This document shows positions 19,848 to 30,810 of a stretch of 64,000 nucleotides of DNA, in pieces. Positions within the stretch are counted from its first letter, which is position 1. Every line of letters begins with the position of its first letter. The notes beneath the pieces were generated by a model that did no database searches, had not been told where the DNA came from, and was given only the letters and a program-made list of their open reading frames with translations. Source of the stretch: Candidatus Shapirobacteria bacterium (lineage in GTDB: Bacteria; Patescibacteriota; Microgenomatia; UBA12405); contig JAUYJS010000008.1 in NCBI GenBank assembly GCA_030698565.1, forward strand, positions 289,275-353,274. Direction: 5' to 3'. The position numbers and the translations under genes are program-made.

Positions 19848-19873
19848 ATACCCCGCCGCAGCGGGGTATTTTA
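19848..19873. terminator. Bidirectional rho-independent terminator ATACCCCGC-CGCA-GCGGGGTAT, with an A-run on one side and a T-run on the other, between convergent genes
   Basis: 9-bp GC-rich perfect stem with a 4-nt loop and flanking AAAAA / TTTT. Confidence 0.7.
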
Positions 19874-19887
19874 ATTTCAATTCTTAT

Positions 19888-20571
19888 TTAGAATAATTTC
19901 TTAAAGAAATTCAATAATTTATTAAAGAATCCACCATCTTCCTGAGTAGCTACTGGAGTTGGAGTTGCTGGTTTTACTGGAGCAACTGTTACATTGGCTT
20001 TTTGTTGTGGAGCCACAGTCACATTTGCGTTTTTAGGAGCAGCTGGATTAACTTTTTCACTTGGCTTTACTGTATTTGGAGTGGTAACAGTTTTAGCTAC
20101 GACCGGTACTGCTCTATTAGCTGCAGCAACCACTCTTCCATTTCCACCAACAGTTACTGGCCATTCATTTGAAAAAGCACCTGGCATACAACCACTATTT
20201 GCTTTTACGGCAAAATAATATTTACCGGCAGGTAAACTTCTAATATCTACACTTCGGGAATTGCTGTCTCCAAAATTAGAAAGACCATAAATGTACTTTC
20301 CTGGTTGATTACCATAAGCAACTGTCCATGACGATGCCGAATCAACCTTATCCCATTTAAGTTCTACTTCACCAGTTTTAATATTTCTGGCAGAGTACAA
20401 CCAAGCCTTAGCTGGAGCAGTGTCATGACACTCACGATCTGGACCGGCTGGGGTAGAACCGTAAGCCAGGACAGAGGAAGCGTTGTTGGTTAACAACACA
20501 GCCGAAGCTACGCTCACCATTACTAAATAGGCAATACTTTTTACACATTTACTTTTGTTCATATTTTTCAA
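19888..20571 (-). CDS. Secreted protein with signal peptide, a beta-rich (FN3/Ig-like) domain, a tandem NVTVAP repeat and an amphipathic C-terminal tail
   Basis: N-terminal hydrophobic signal, tandem ANVTVAPQQK/ANVTVAPVKP repeats, and a PT-rich tail. The only long minus-strand gene in this part of the window. Confidence 0.6.
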   Translation of the reverse strand: MKNMNKSKCVKSIAYLVMVSVASAVLLTNNASSVLAYGSTPAGPDRECHDTAPAKAWLYSARNIKTGEVELKWDKVDSASSWTVAYGNQPGKYIYGLSNFGDSNSRSVDIRSLPAGKYYFAVKANSGCMPGAFSNEWPVTVGGNGRVVAAANRAVPVVAKTVTTPNTVKPSEKVNPAAPKNANVTVAPQQKANVTVAPVKPATPTPVATQEDGGFFNKLLNFFKKLF

Positions 20572-20668
20572 TAAATTATATTACTAATCGTATACATTAA
20601 AATTAAATTAAATTATAATCGATGTCAACAAGCAAATCCATGCTTTAATCCGTTTAAACTTAATAAAT

Positions 20669-21400
20669 ATGAAAGAAGAAAAAATAGGTATTTTGGGTTA
20701 TGGTCAAGTTGGCCAAGCCATAGCCAAATTTTACAAAGATCCAAAGGTAAAAGATATTAATCGCGACGATGGATTAATCGATGTAGACATTTTACATGTT
20801 TGCATTCCCTTTTCCGATCAATTTATTAGTCTTGTCCAAGAAGAAATAAAAAATTCTCACGCTAAATTAACTTTTATTCATTCTTCTGTCGCACCGGGCA
20901 CAACCCAGCAAATAGGGAAGACTGCTGTTCACAGTCCCATCCGTGGTGTCCATCCCAACTTATATGAAGGTATTCAGACTTTCACCAAATTTATTGGCGC
21001 TGACTCCAAAAAAATAGGTAAATTAGCCAAAAAACATTTAAAAAGTTTGGGTATAAAAAAAGTAAAAATTGCCTATCCCTCTGTAGCTACAGAATTAGGA
21101 AAACTTTTTGATACTACTTACTATGGTCTTTGTATTGCCTGGCATGCGGAAATGAAAAAAATTTGTGACCAATTCAAAGTAAGTTTTGACGATGCTGTCA
21201 CAGATTTTAATAAAACATACAATCAGGGTTACAAAAAATTAGGTAAAAAAAATGTTATCAGACCCGTTCTATTTTACCCTCAAGACAATGTAATTGGTGG
21301 TCATTGTATTATTCCCAACGCACATATGATCGACAAGTTTTTCAAAAGCAAAGCCATAGATTTAATTTTAAGTTACTCCAAAAAAGATGACAAAAAATAA
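20669..21400 (+). CDS. Short NAD-binding protein of the UDP-glucose/GDP-mannose dehydrogenase family (N-terminal and central parts only)
   Basis: Rossmann motif GILGYGQVGQAIA and a GGHCIIPN segment resembling the catalytic-Cys region GGxCxxKD. Only 243 aa. Confidence 0.4.
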   Translation: MKEEKIGILGYGQVGQAIAKFYKDPKVKDINRDDGLIDVDILHVCIPFSDQFISLVQEEIKNSHAKLTFIHSSVAPGTTQQIGKTAVHSPIRGVHPNLYEGIQTFTKFIGADSKKIGKLAKKHLKSLGIKKVKIAYPSVATELGKLFDTTYYGLCIAWHAEMKKICDQFKVSFDDAVTDFNKTYNQGYKKLGKKNVIRPVLFYPQDNVIGGHCIIPNAHMIDKFFKSKAIDLILSYSKKDDKK

Positions 21401-22352
21401 AATATTGGTTGTCATGATCCCTTGTTTCAACGAGGAAAAAACCTTAGCTACTGTCATAAATGCTATTCCCAAAAAAATCCCCCGTATTTCCAAAGTAAAA
21501 ATACTGGTAATCAACGACGGCTCGTCCGACGATTCAGTCAAAATCGCCAAGAAGTTAAAGGTCCATATTTTTTCCCACCCCATCAATCGTGGCTTAGGCC
21601 AAACATTTAGAGATGGAATTGAAAAATCTCTCAGACTCGGTGCCGATATTATCGTCAATATTGATGGCGACATGCAATTCAACCCCAAAGACATTACAAA
21701 ATTAATTAAACCAATCATTGAGGATAAATATAATTTCGTCACAGCTACTAGATACAAGAAATATTTAAAATACAATTTAAATGGGCGGGGAATAAAGAAT
21801 TTTGGTAATAAATTCTTTGCCTGGTTAATCAACAAAATTACAGGAAGTAATTACACCGATGTTTCTTGTGGATTTAGAGCTTATTCCCGCAAAGCCGCCA
21901 TGAAATTGCAATTGTTTGGTCATTTTACCTATACCCATGAGACGTTTTTAGATCTAATTCACAAGGGTTTTATAGCAATAGAGGTTCCTATAAAAGTCAG
22001 GCCCAAACGACAAAGTGGAGAATCGAGAATATCAAAAAATTTATATAAGTATGGCTATAGTGCCATAAAAATAATTGTTCGCGGTTTTCGGGACCATCAA
22101 CCACTCAGATTTTTTGGTATGCTTTCTGTCATCATCACATCAATCGGAGTTTTATTCGGATCGTTTTTAACGATCCACTGGATAATTACCGAATCACTTA
22201 CACCTTATAAAAGCTTTGGATTTATTGGTGGTTTTATGGTTGGAGTAGGTTTTTTGATGTTTATTCTCGCACTTTTAGCCGACATGCTAGGAAGAATCAA
22301 AGACACCCAGGAAGAAGTGTTGTATCAGTTGCGCAAAAATAATTTTAAATAA
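21387..22352 (+). CDS. GT2 glycosyltransferase, polyprenyl-phosphate sugar synthase type (DPM1/GtrB-like) with two C-terminal TM helices
   Basis: ILVVMIPCFNEE...INDGSSDDS and a DxD-containing GT-A fold, with a C-terminal hydrophobic pair. Confidence 0.8.
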   Translation: MTKNKILVVMIPCFNEEKTLATVINAIPKKIPRISKVKILVINDGSSDDSVKIAKKLKVHIFSHPINRGLGQTFRDGIEKSLRLGADIIVNIDGDMQFNPKDITKLIKPIIEDKYNFVTATRYKKYLKYNLNGRGIKNFGNKFFAWLINKITGSNYTDVSCGFRAYSRKAAMKLQLFGHFTYTHETFLDLIHKGFIAIEVPIKVRPKRQSGESRISKNLYKYGYSAIKIIVRGFRDHQPLRFFGMLSVIITSIGVLFGSFLTIHWIITESLTPYKSFGFIGGFMVGVGFLMFILALLADMLGRIKDTQEEVLYQLRKNNFK

Positions 22353-22355
22353 ATT

Positions 22356-23591
22356 ATGTCACTTAGTTCGCTATTATTTCGCAATCAATCCACCCGCCAA
22401 ACTCTAATCAAAAACACCTTTTGGCTCGGACTTATCGAATTTTTTTCCAAGATAATAATGTTTTTTGTCACCATTCTTATAGTCCGCTCTTTTGGCCCAA
22501 ATGAGTTTGGTAAGCTCAATCTAGCCATGTCCTATGCAGCCATGATTATGGTTTTTTCTGATCTTGGATTAAATACTATTACCGCCCGAGAAATTGCCAG
22601 GCACAAAGAAGAAAAAGACAAATATCTATCCAATATTTTTACGATTAGATTATTGGTTTCTGTTGTAATCTGGCTTGGTACTTTTTTATTTTCAGCCAAC
22701 AAATTGGTTTTATTAGTAGTAACTTTCAATTTGGTTCAAAATTTCTCTTCTCTTCTTTGTGCTGCCTTTTCTGGTTTAGAAGCCATGCAATACAATTTTA
22801 TTTCGCGGTTTATTTATTATTTCGGTATTTTGGCATCAGTTATTGCTGTTACTCGAGTACAAGGTAGTCCGGAGAAACTAATCACCTTTTATATCATTGC
22901 TTCGTTTATTACTTTTATTCTAACTTTCTCGATGCTTAAGTTTAAAAAAATAAATTTAAAACTTACTATCGACCTTTTATTTTGGAAAAAAATATTAAAA
23001 GAAACACTTCCACTTCTGGGTATGACCATAACCGGAGTTATCTATTTAAATATCGATTCTATTTTGATTGGTCGCTATTTTGGACCGGAGCAAGTTGGTC
23101 TCTACCAATCCGCCTACAAAATACTTTTTGCTTTTCAAAGCATAAATATTATTAATAGTTCTTTGTTTCCACGAATTTCTTCTTTAATCGCCGAAAAAAA
23201 ATATATTATTTTAAATAAACTAAATTTCATTGTCGTTGCCGTTTCACTTTTCGTTTTAATTCCTCTTGGTATTTTTATCTCCATTTTTGCCAGTCAAATA
23301 ATGAAAATTATTTACGGAACAGTTTATGTTTCCGCCAGTCCAGCGCTAATTTTCCTTATTTGGAGCGGCATAATTTTTTATTTTAGAAATTTTATAAATA
23401 ATTTACTAATTGCCAATAATAAACAAAAACAAGTTTTTTATTCCATCCTCCTCGGGACTACAATAAATGTAATGTTCAATCTTTTTATTACACCTAGATT
23501 CAATTATATTTACGCTTCGATGGCAATGGTTCTTTCTGAAATAATTATTCTTACTTATTCGACTTTATTGTATGTCAAAAATAAAAAGTAA
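22356..23591 (+). CDS. Wzx-type oligosaccharide flippase (MOP superfamily polysaccharide biosynthesis protein)
   Basis: 411 aa with about 12 predicted TM segments, placed inside a glycan locus. Confidence 0.7.
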   Translation: MSLSSLLFRNQSTRQTLIKNTFWLGLIEFFSKIIMFFVTILIVRSFGPNEFGKLNLAMSYAAMIMVFSDLGLNTITAREIARHKEEKDKYLSNIFTIRLLVSVVIWLGTFLFSANKLVLLVVTFNLVQNFSSLLCAAFSGLEAMQYNFISRFIYYFGILASVIAVTRVQGSPEKLITFYIIASFITFILTFSMLKFKKINLKLTIDLLFWKKILKETLPLLGMTITGVIYLNIDSILIGRYFGPEQVGLYQSAYKILFAFQSINIINSSLFPRISSLIAEKKYIILNKLNFIVVAVSLFVLIPLGIFISIFASQIMKIIYGTVYVSASPALIFLIWSGIIFYFRNFINNLLIANNKQKQVFYSILLGTTINVMFNLFITPRFNYIYASMAMVLSEIIILTYSTLLYVKNKK

Positions 23592-24666
23592 ATTATACAT
23601 AATTATTGGCACCAAGGCTCAACTAATAAAGATGGCCCCAATAATGATTGAACTAAAAAAAAGGAAAATAGACTACACTTATATTTCTACAGGCCAGCAC
23701 CAAGAAACAATAAAGGATTTAATTTCTACATTTCAAATAAAAAAACCAGACCATACTCTTTATCAAGGCAGAGACATAACAAAGATATGGCAAATGTTGA
23801 TTTGGTCCATTGGTTGTATTAAAAATGTTTTGATTAATAGAAAAAAATATTTTCCCAAAAAAAATGGTATTGTGCTCGTTCATGGCGATACTTATTCAAC
23901 AGTTCTCGGGGCTATAATCGGAAAAATATGTCAACAAAAAGTAGCTTATGTCGAAGCTGGTCTTCGCTCTTTTGATATATTTAACCCTTTCCCGGAAGAA
24001 ATTTTTCGTCTTATCACATCTCAACTTGCAGACATTCATTTTTGTCCCGGTGACTTCGCTTACAAAAATTCACAAAGATATAAGGGTATTAAAATTAATA
24101 CTCAAATAAACACTCTTTATGATTCACTAAAATTAGTCATAAAGAATTTAAATAAAATTGAAGTCGATATACCACAGGAAAGTTATTGTATTGTATCGAT
24201 TCATAGATTTGAAAACATTTTTAATAAAAAAGTTTTTTCAAAAATTATTGGACAAATAGAATTTATATCAAAATCAAAGAAAGTACTGTTTATTCTTCAC
24301 AAACCAACAAAAGAGAAATTAATTGAGTATGGATTATTAGTAAAGCTTGAAGACAATCAAAATATTGAATTAAGACCCCGGTATGATTATTTTAGGTTTA
24401 TTAAATTACTTAACAGTGCCGATTTTATAGTTACCGACGGAGGGAGTAATCAAGAAGAGTGCTATTATTTAGGCAAACCCTGTCTATTAATGAGAAAAAC
24501 TACAGAAAGGAAAGAGGGTATTGGGAGTAATGTCTTGGTTTCTAATTATAGAAATAAAATAATAAAAAAGTTTATATTAAATATATATAGTAAGCAAAAT
24601 AAATTTATTAAACACAAATCATCTCCAAGCGAGGTTATTGTTAACAGTATTCATCAAAAACATTAA
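23572..24666 (+). CDS. UDP-N-acetylglucosamine 2-epimerase-like (WecB family)
   Basis: IIGTKAQLIKMAPI, STGQHQE, VLVHGDTYSTVLGA and YVEAGLRSFD align with WecB motifs. Confidence 0.75.
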   Translation: MSKIKSKLYIIIGTKAQLIKMAPIMIELKKRKIDYTYISTGQHQETIKDLISTFQIKKPDHTLYQGRDITKIWQMLIWSIGCIKNVLINRKKYFPKKNGIVLVHGDTYSTVLGAIIGKICQQKVAYVEAGLRSFDIFNPFPEEIFRLITSQLADIHFCPGDFAYKNSQRYKGIKINTQINTLYDSLKLVIKNLNKIEVDIPQESYCIVSIHRFENIFNKKVFSKIIGQIEFISKSKKVLFILHKPTKEKLIEYGLLVKLEDNQNIELRPRYDYFRFIKLLNSADFIVTDGGSNQEECYYLGKPCLLMRKTTERKEGIGSNVLVSNYRNKIIKKFILNIYSKQNKFIKHKSSPSEVIVNSIHQKH

Positions 24667-24681
24667 TTATTAATAAAAAAA

Positions 24682-25419
24682 ATGAAACTAAAAGAAATAA
24701 AAAAATTTTATGAATGGTTCCATTCAAACAAAATTTTAAATCCAAAAGCCGATCTGATGCAGGCCCAAAGATGTGATTATCTTCGATTCCTAATTAAAAA
24801 TATCACGGGTAAATTTCTGGTTATTGGTTGTGGATCAGAAGAAGAAATGGGTATTCTAAATAAAAATTGCGACGGAATCGGGATTGATATTTCCGAAGAA
24901 GCTGTAAAAAAATCAAAGGCAAAATATCCTCAATTTGAATATTATGTAGCTAATGCAACCAACTTACATTTTGAAAAAAACAGTTTTGATTGTGTAATTT
25001 GTAGCGAGGTAATTGAGCATATTCCGGATGATGAAAAATTTCTTTCTGAGGTAAAAAGAGTTCTAAAAAATAACGGTATTTTTATTGTTACTACACCCAA
25101 CTGGTTGAGTTGGTATGGATTAGCGAGAAAGATAGCAGAGGGATTATTCAAAAAACCGGTTACTTCAGACGATCAACCAATAGATAATTGGTCGACTCCA
25201 TCTAGTCTAAAAAGAAAGTTGAAAAAATATGGTTTTGAAATCAATTTTTTAAGAGGACTTTGGTATTTTCCACCTACTGGAAAAGGAAAAAATCAAATAC
25301 CATGGAGAATAACTTTACCAATAGCCAAATTATTTTATCCATTTGAAGTTTTGTTCAGAAGAATCCTCCCTTGGTATGGTCATATGATTTTATTTAAAAC
25401 CAGGCTAATTAAAAGTTAA
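24682..25419 (+). CDS. Class I SAM-dependent methyltransferase
   Basis: VIGCGSEEE (motif I), DCVICSEVIEH and NNGIFIVTTPN. Confidence 0.75.
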   Translation: MKLKEIKKFYEWFHSNKILNPKADLMQAQRCDYLRFLIKNITGKFLVIGCGSEEEMGILNKNCDGIGIDISEEAVKKSKAKYPQFEYYVANATNLHFEKNSFDCVICSEVIEHIPDDEKFLSEVKRVLKNNGIFIVTTPNWLSWYGLARKIAEGLFKKPVTSDDQPIDNWSTPSSLKRKLKKYGFEINFLRGLWYFPPTGKGKNQIPWRITLPIAKLFYPFEVLFRRILPWYGHMILFKTRLIKS

Positions 25420-25458
25420 AAAACATTAAAAAATATTTTTAAAATTGATTTATGAAAT

Positions 25459-27036
25459 ATGAAGAAAATTGATACGTTTGGAAAATACATAATCTTCTTC
25501 TATATTATGTTTTTACTCTCCATTCTAACATTAATAAATATTTCATATATAAATCTATACGCAAGTTCCCCAGACGAGGTAGGAGAGAAAATTACTATAA
25601 GTAATTTAGCCAAGAATCATTTTTTACCAATCGAAAAGTTCTCAGAGCTCAATCAAAAATATAAAAATGTTTTTTCCACAAGGGGTACAGTGGTAAATAA
25701 TGACGGTCTTCTTGTTCCTTATAAATCACTTGGCAATACTTACATTCTATCAAGTTATTTAACTTTAATAGATGAACTTATAAACGTTGAAAAAATATTT
25801 ATTATATTTCATGCCATATCAATTCTTATATTTTTAATATATTTAATACAAGCAGTTCAATTATTTACAAGAAAAGTTAATATTATAGATAAATTGTTTC
25901 TAATTACATTATTCTTTGCTTTAAATCTATACTTAGATAGAATAATAAATTTTTATAGTCTTTCAATCTTTATAAGCTTTTACTACTTATTAAAATGGAT
26001 AAAAAACAATACAAGAGGCTATGATGTAAATCTTTTTTGTTCATCTTTAGCTATCAGCACGGCAGTCTTTATTAGATACGAATTTATTGTAAATTTGATA
26101 ATTATATTTCTAATTTTTTGTTACCTTATAATTTATAAGAAAAAAAGTCCGAACATATTATTATTTTTTTTAGTCCCATCTGTAATAGCTTTGTGTATTT
26201 TAGTTTCTAATAATAAATTTTATGACGGCTATTTAAATTTTAGCTATAGTATGGGACACAAGAAAGCGGGGCCATTTATAAGCAATATCAGTATTTACGA
26301 GAGAATATATAAATTTTTATTTTTAGTTGGTATTAAACCCATTAATGCAATTAGAAATACTTACTACTACATAATCGCACTATTCCCCATAATTTTTATT
26401 CCGGCATTAATTAATATTAAATCCATTAAAAAATACCCCATTTTTTCAATTACAGTTTTTGCAATTTGTATATACTTAATCACGTATTATGGGAGTAATC
26501 CAACATTTTACGGGTTTCAAGAAATCACCATTATTTCTTCTTATGTTCGTTATTTTTCACCAATATATTTATTTTTATTTATGTTTGCATCCCCACTGTA
26601 TATAAAAATATTTAAAAACATTCCATATCTATTCAAACTGATGATTATTATGTTATTTACTAGCCTTTTTATAATTTCATTCACTACTCAAAAAATAAAT
26701 GATTATCAAAATAATCAAAAATACACTTATTATCTAAAAAATAATATCAAAAAAACAATTCCATTAAATTCAACTATTTTTTCAAATTATTGGGACAAGT
26801 TGCTTTATAACGATTACACCGTTGCAACTTTAAGTAATAAAATCAATTCCCTTTATGAATATTTTTATATAATGAAGCAATACTATCTAGATGATACAAA
26901 TAGGATGGTGTATTATCTTCCAAAAGACGATACGGAAAAAAGTGAATTCAATAAATTTTTAAACAATAACTCAGACATTGCATGCACAGAAATTAATATG
27001 CTAAATGCATGTCAGCTAAAAGAAAATGAAAAATGA
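25459..27036 (+). CDS. AT-rich polytopic membrane protein (candidate glycan polymerase or GT-C-type transferase)
   Basis: 525 aa, highly hydrophobic. Local GC is clearly lower than its neighbours. It lies inside the glycopolymer locus. Confidence 0.55.
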   Translation: MKKIDTFGKYIIFFYIMFLLSILTLINISYINLYASSPDEVGEKITISNLAKNHFLPIEKFSELNQKYKNVFSTRGTVVNNDGLLVPYKSLGNTYILSSYLTLIDELINVEKIFIIFHAISILIFLIYLIQAVQLFTRKVNIIDKLFLITLFFALNLYLDRIINFYSLSIFISFYYLLKWIKNNTRGYDVNLFCSSLAISTAVFIRYEFIVNLIIIFLIFCYLIIYKKKSPNILLFFLVPSVIALCILVSNNKFYDGYLNFSYSMGHKKAGPFISNISIYERIYKFLFLVGIKPINAIRNTYYYIIALFPIIFIPALINIKSIKKYPIFSITVFAICIYLITYYGSNPTFYGFQEITIISSYVRYFSPIYLFLFMFASPLYIKIFKNIPYLFKLMIIMLFTSLFIISFTTQKINDYQNNQKYTYYLKNNIKKTIPLNSTIFSNYWDKLLYNDYTVATLSNKINSLYEYFYIMKQYYLDDTNRMVYYLPKDDTEKSEFNKFLNNNSDIACTEINMLNACQLKENEK

Positions 27037-27322
27037 AATAATCATAATTTTATTATTTTTTATTAATATATTTATTCCTGGATTCTCGATTTCTTTTGCA
27101 CTATTCGATAAAAACATGGACATCTTGGAAAGAATTGGATTCTCGATATTCGTTTCAATATCAATCGTATCAATGATCGGGTTCATTATTAATATAATAT
27201 ATAATTTAAAAATTAATTTTATCAATATAACGTTAATTTCTGTATCCATTGTCATAATAAGTATATTCACAATTTTAGGAAAAAAAATAAAACAGTCATT
27301 TATAAAAAATAAACCAATATAA
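27026..27322 (+). CDS. Small 3-TM membrane protein (GtrA-like?)
   Basis: 98-aa hydrophobic ORF overlapping the end of the previous gene. Confidence 0.3.
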   Translation: MKNEIIIILLFFINIFIPGFSISFALFDKNMDILERIGFSIFVSISIVSMIGFIINIIYNLKINFINITLISVSIVIISIFTILGKKIKQSFIKNKPI

Positions 27323-27324
27323 AT

Positions 27325-28473
27325 ATGATAGAGTTATTCATTTTTTTAAATAAATTATTAGTAAAAATAATCCCAAGCATATTTATTTGGTATCCTGTTA
27401 ATTACAAAAAAGTATCATTCGTAAACAAACATTATTCAGACAGCAATCTTTTACTCACGGCTAAAATGCTATTAAAGCAAAATCCTGAAATAAAGATTCA
27501 ATATATTACAAACAACCCACGAAAATCTACAATTGCAAAACAAATCATATTTTATTTCAAATTATTAAACAGCAGGGTTATAGTTACGACACACGGTCCT
27601 GTAATTAAAACTAAAAAAAATATCTCTCTTGAATTATGGCATGGTATGCCAATAAAAGGGATGAACTTAATGGATAACTTAAAAGAAAAACATACTTCAT
27701 TTTCAAACATTGATCATTTAAATAGTTACTCTCAATTTTTTAATACTGTAATGAATGCTTGTTTTGGTGTGGAAGGAAAAAAATACATCATTCTCGGTAG
27801 CCCTCAAAACGATTTATTGTTCGATTCTAAAAATAAAGAAAAAATATTTCGCTTATTTAGAATTAAAAAAAACCAGAAATATGTAATTTATATGCCGACT
27901 TTTCGAGATAATATAAAAAATTACCAAAATTATCAAAATTTTGTTAAAAATTTAGGATTTTATAAATTTGATCTTCAAATTTTTAATAAATTTTTAATTA
28001 AAAATAACTTAAAACTTATTTTGAAGCCCCATCCAAACGATAATAATTTATGGAAGGAATTCTTTGAAGAACTAAAACTCTCAAATATACTCTTACTTAC
28101 AGAAGAATATTTAATAAAAAACAACCTAGAATTATACGAAATATTAGGTTTGTCCGACCTACTAATTACAGATTATTCCTCAGTCTATGTTGATTATTTG
28201 TTAATAGATAAACCAGTAATTTTTGTTCCAACAGATATTGATCAATATCGAAAAATCAGAACCTTACTTCTTGAACCATATGACTTTTGGGCTCCTGGGC
28301 CTAAAGTATATGATCAAAAAAAACTTGAAGAAGAAATAGTTAAATCTTTAAAAGATGTTAAATATTATCAAGAAGAACGTAATATTCTTAAAAATATTTT
28401 TCATAAATATCAAGATAATAAGTCAACAGAAAGGGTTGTTAATCATATAAATCTTTTATTAAGATCAAAATGA
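27325..28473 (+). CDS. CDP-glycerol glycerophosphotransferase family protein (TagB/TagF-like)
   Basis: C-terminal catalytic-domain motifs ELWHGMPIKG and ITDYSSVYVDYLLIDKPVIFVPTDIDQY. Confidence 0.7.
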   Translation: MIELFIFLNKLLVKIIPSIFIWYPVNYKKVSFVNKHYSDSNLLLTAKMLLKQNPEIKIQYITNNPRKSTIAKQIIFYFKLLNSRVIVTTHGPVIKTKKNISLELWHGMPIKGMNLMDNLKEKHTSFSNIDHLNSYSQFFNTVMNACFGVEGKKYIILGSPQNDLLFDSKNKEKIFRLFRIKKNQKYVIYMPTFRDNIKNYQNYQNFVKNLGFYKFDLQIFNKFLIKNNLKLILKPHPNDNNLWKEFFEELKLSNILLLTEEYLIKNNLELYEILGLSDLLITDYSSVYVDYLLIDKPVIFVPTDIDQYRKIRTLLLEPYDFWAPGPKVYDQKKLEEEIVKSLKDVKYYQEERNILKNIFHKYQDNKSTERVVNHINLLLRSK

Positions 28474-28541
28474 AAAAAACAATAATAAAATATCAAACAC
28501 ATATAGAAATAAAACATATAATTTTAAGTAAAATTTAGTAT

Positions 28542-30362
28542 ATGTGTGGAATATCCGGTATTATTTCTAATAAAGAAATTTATAGGTTGAATGAACGAAT
28601 AATTGCCATGGTTAGTTCGCAACACCATAGAGGTCCAGACAATCAAGGTTACATCACACTTAATAGGGGATGTGTTTTTGGTCACAATAGGTTAAAAATT
28701 ATCGATTTATCAAATTCAGCAAACCAACCATTTACTTCAAATTCTGGAAATATAATAATCGTATTCAATGGAGAAATTTATAATTATCAAGCCATAAAAA
28801 AAGAACTGATTTTAGAATATGAATTTCACACCAAATCAGATACCGAGGTTATGGCTGCGGCCATAGAAACTAAAGGTTTGGATTGGTTTTTAAAAATGTC
28901 AAATGGAATTTTTTCTATAGCTATATATGACAAGTCTAAAAGAAATATTACCTTAGTTAGAGATAGAAGTGGAATCAAGCCCCTTTTTTATTGTGTTGTA
29001 GATAATATTCTTATTTTTGCCTCAGAAATAAAAGCCATACTTGCAAGTGGTTTAGTGAATGGAGAAATGGAATATTGTGCTATTGATGATTATTTTGCTT
29101 TTAGACACGTTAGGGAACCATACACTTTTTTCAAAAATATATATTGCGTTGAAAGTGCAACAAAAATTATTTTTCCAATCGATAATATTAGTAATTATTG
29201 TAAATCTCGATATTGGGAGATACCTCAGCTAAATTTTCAAAAAAAATACAACGAGTTGGATTGCATCGAGGAGTTAAATAGAAAATTATCCAATACTGTA
29301 AAGATGCAAATGGTGGCTGATGTTCCAGTTGGGACATTATTATCAGGAGGATTGGATTCAAGCCTAATTACCGCCCTTGCTTCTTATAAAACGAACACGT
29401 TAGACACTTTTTCTATTGGATTTAAAGAAAAGGAATACAACGAATTTGAGTATTCCAGACTGGTCGCTAAGAATTTTAAAACCAACCACTCAGAATACAT
29501 CTTATCAGAGCAAGATTATTTTAAACAATTAACCGTATTAACTAAAAGTAAAGATGCTCCATTAGGGGTACCCAACGAAATTCCACTATATGAACTTAGT
29601 AAAAAAATTTCGGGTTTCGACAAAGTAATTCTTTCTGGCGAAGGAGCGGATGAAATATTTTTTGGATATGGACGCATATTTAGGTCACCTTATGTGTTTG
29701 AAAATTCCGAAAATAAAATAAAAACATCATTTTATGATTATTTCTCTAAAAGATATGAATATATACCAAGGGACTTGAGAGATAGATTTTTATCTGTGCC
29801 GCTAGATTTACGAAAAAAATTTGATAAAAATTTAAAAAAAGAATTTATAAATTATAAAAATGAAGAAAATGTTTTTAGATTTTTTTTAAATTATCACATA
29901 AAAGAATTACTTATTAGATTGGACTACACCACTATGCAAAGTTCTTTGGAGAGTAGGGTACCATTTCTTGATCACACTCTAATTGATTTCGTAAGTAAAA
30001 ACATACCTAATGAATTGAAGCTTAAATTTAATTTAAATAAAAATAAGTTTAAATGTAAAAATTTATCAGAAGAAGAAATTAGTGAAGTATATGATACTCC
30101 GAAGTACATACTAAAGAAGGTCGCAGAAAGATATTTGCCCCACGACATAATATATCGAAAAAAAATTGGTTTCCCTGTCCCCTTACAATGGTGGGACAAG
30201 TCTCTCCAAAAAACTGCACAAATTTTAAAAAATAGAAATTGGCTTAATGTGGATATTTCTGTAGAGGAGATAGTAAATAATATGTCAGGTCAAGCTTTAT
30301 GGATGTTTATTTGTCTAGCTATTTTCGAAGATAATTATTTTAATAAAAATTACAGGTGGTAA
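28542..30362 (+). CDS. asnB: Asparagine synthetase B-family glutamine amidotransferase
   Basis: N-terminal MCGISGII nucleophile-Cys Ntn domain and a PP-loop SGGLDSS. Confidence 0.85.
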   Translation: MCGISGIISNKEIYRLNERIIAMVSSQHHRGPDNQGYITLNRGCVFGHNRLKIIDLSNSANQPFTSNSGNIIIVFNGEIYNYQAIKKELILEYEFHTKSDTEVMAAAIETKGLDWFLKMSNGIFSIAIYDKSKRNITLVRDRSGIKPLFYCVVDNILIFASEIKAILASGLVNGEMEYCAIDDYFAFRHVREPYTFFKNIYCVESATKIIFPIDNISNYCKSRYWEIPQLNFQKKYNELDCIEELNRKLSNTVKMQMVADVPVGTLLSGGLDSSLITALASYKTNTLDTFSIGFKEKEYNEFEYSRLVAKNFKTNHSEYILSEQDYFKQLTVLTKSKDAPLGVPNEIPLYELSKKISGFDKVILSGEGADEIFFGYGRIFRSPYVFENSENKIKTSFYDYFSKRYEYIPRDLRDRFLSVPLDLRKKFDKNLKKEFINYKNEENVFRFFLNYHIKELLIRLDYTTMQSSLESRVPFLDHTLIDFVSKNIPNELKLKFNLNKNKFKCKNLSEEEISEVYDTPKYILKKVAERYLPHDIIYRKKIGFPVPLQWWDKSLQKTAQILKNRNWLNVDISVEEIVNNMSGQALWMFICLAIFEDNYFNKNYRW

Positions 30363-30371
30363 TATAAAAAT

Positions 30372-30797
30372 ATGAAAAAAATAATAGGATACACTGCTGG
30401 TGTTTATGACTTATTTCATATAGGACACCTTAATCTTTTGCGTAATGCAAAAGGTTTGTGTGATTATTTAATTGTTGGAGTATCTTCGGACATATTAGTT
30501 TCATATAAAAATAAAAAAGCAGTAATTCCATTCAGTGAAAGAATCGAAATTGTCAGGGCGATTAAATATGTAGATTCGGTAGTACCTCAGGAAAATATGG
30601 ATAAATTTGAAATGTGGAAAAAAGTAAAGTTTGACGTAATGTTTGTAGGAGACGATTGGTATAACACAGACAAATGGAAAGACATCGAGGAACAGTTTGA
30701 AAAAGTTGGAGTAAAAATTGTATATTTTCCTTATACGAAAGGTACTAGCTCTACATTAATAAACAAGACATTAGAGGATTTAAGAAGTAAAAAGTGA
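30372..30797 (+). CDS. tagD: Glycerol-3-phosphate cytidylyltransferase (TagD-like)
   Basis: GYTAGVYDLFHIGHLNLL (HxGH cytidylyltransferase motif), about 140 aa. Confidence 0.85.
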   Translation: MKKIIGYTAGVYDLFHIGHLNLLRNAKGLCDYLIVGVSSDILVSYKNKKAVIPFSERIEIVRAIKYVDSVVPQENMDKFEMWKKVKFDVMFVGDDWYNTDKWKDIEEQFEKVGVKIVYFPYTKGTSSTLINKTLEDLRSKK

Positions 30798-30810
30798 CAA
30801 TCTTTCTCTT

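Noticed and set aside
19888-20571. The minus-strand secreted repeat protein considered as a sortase substrate or DGR target
   Set aside because: No LPXTG-like C-terminal signal and no nearby template repeat. It is kept as an ordinary secreted protein.
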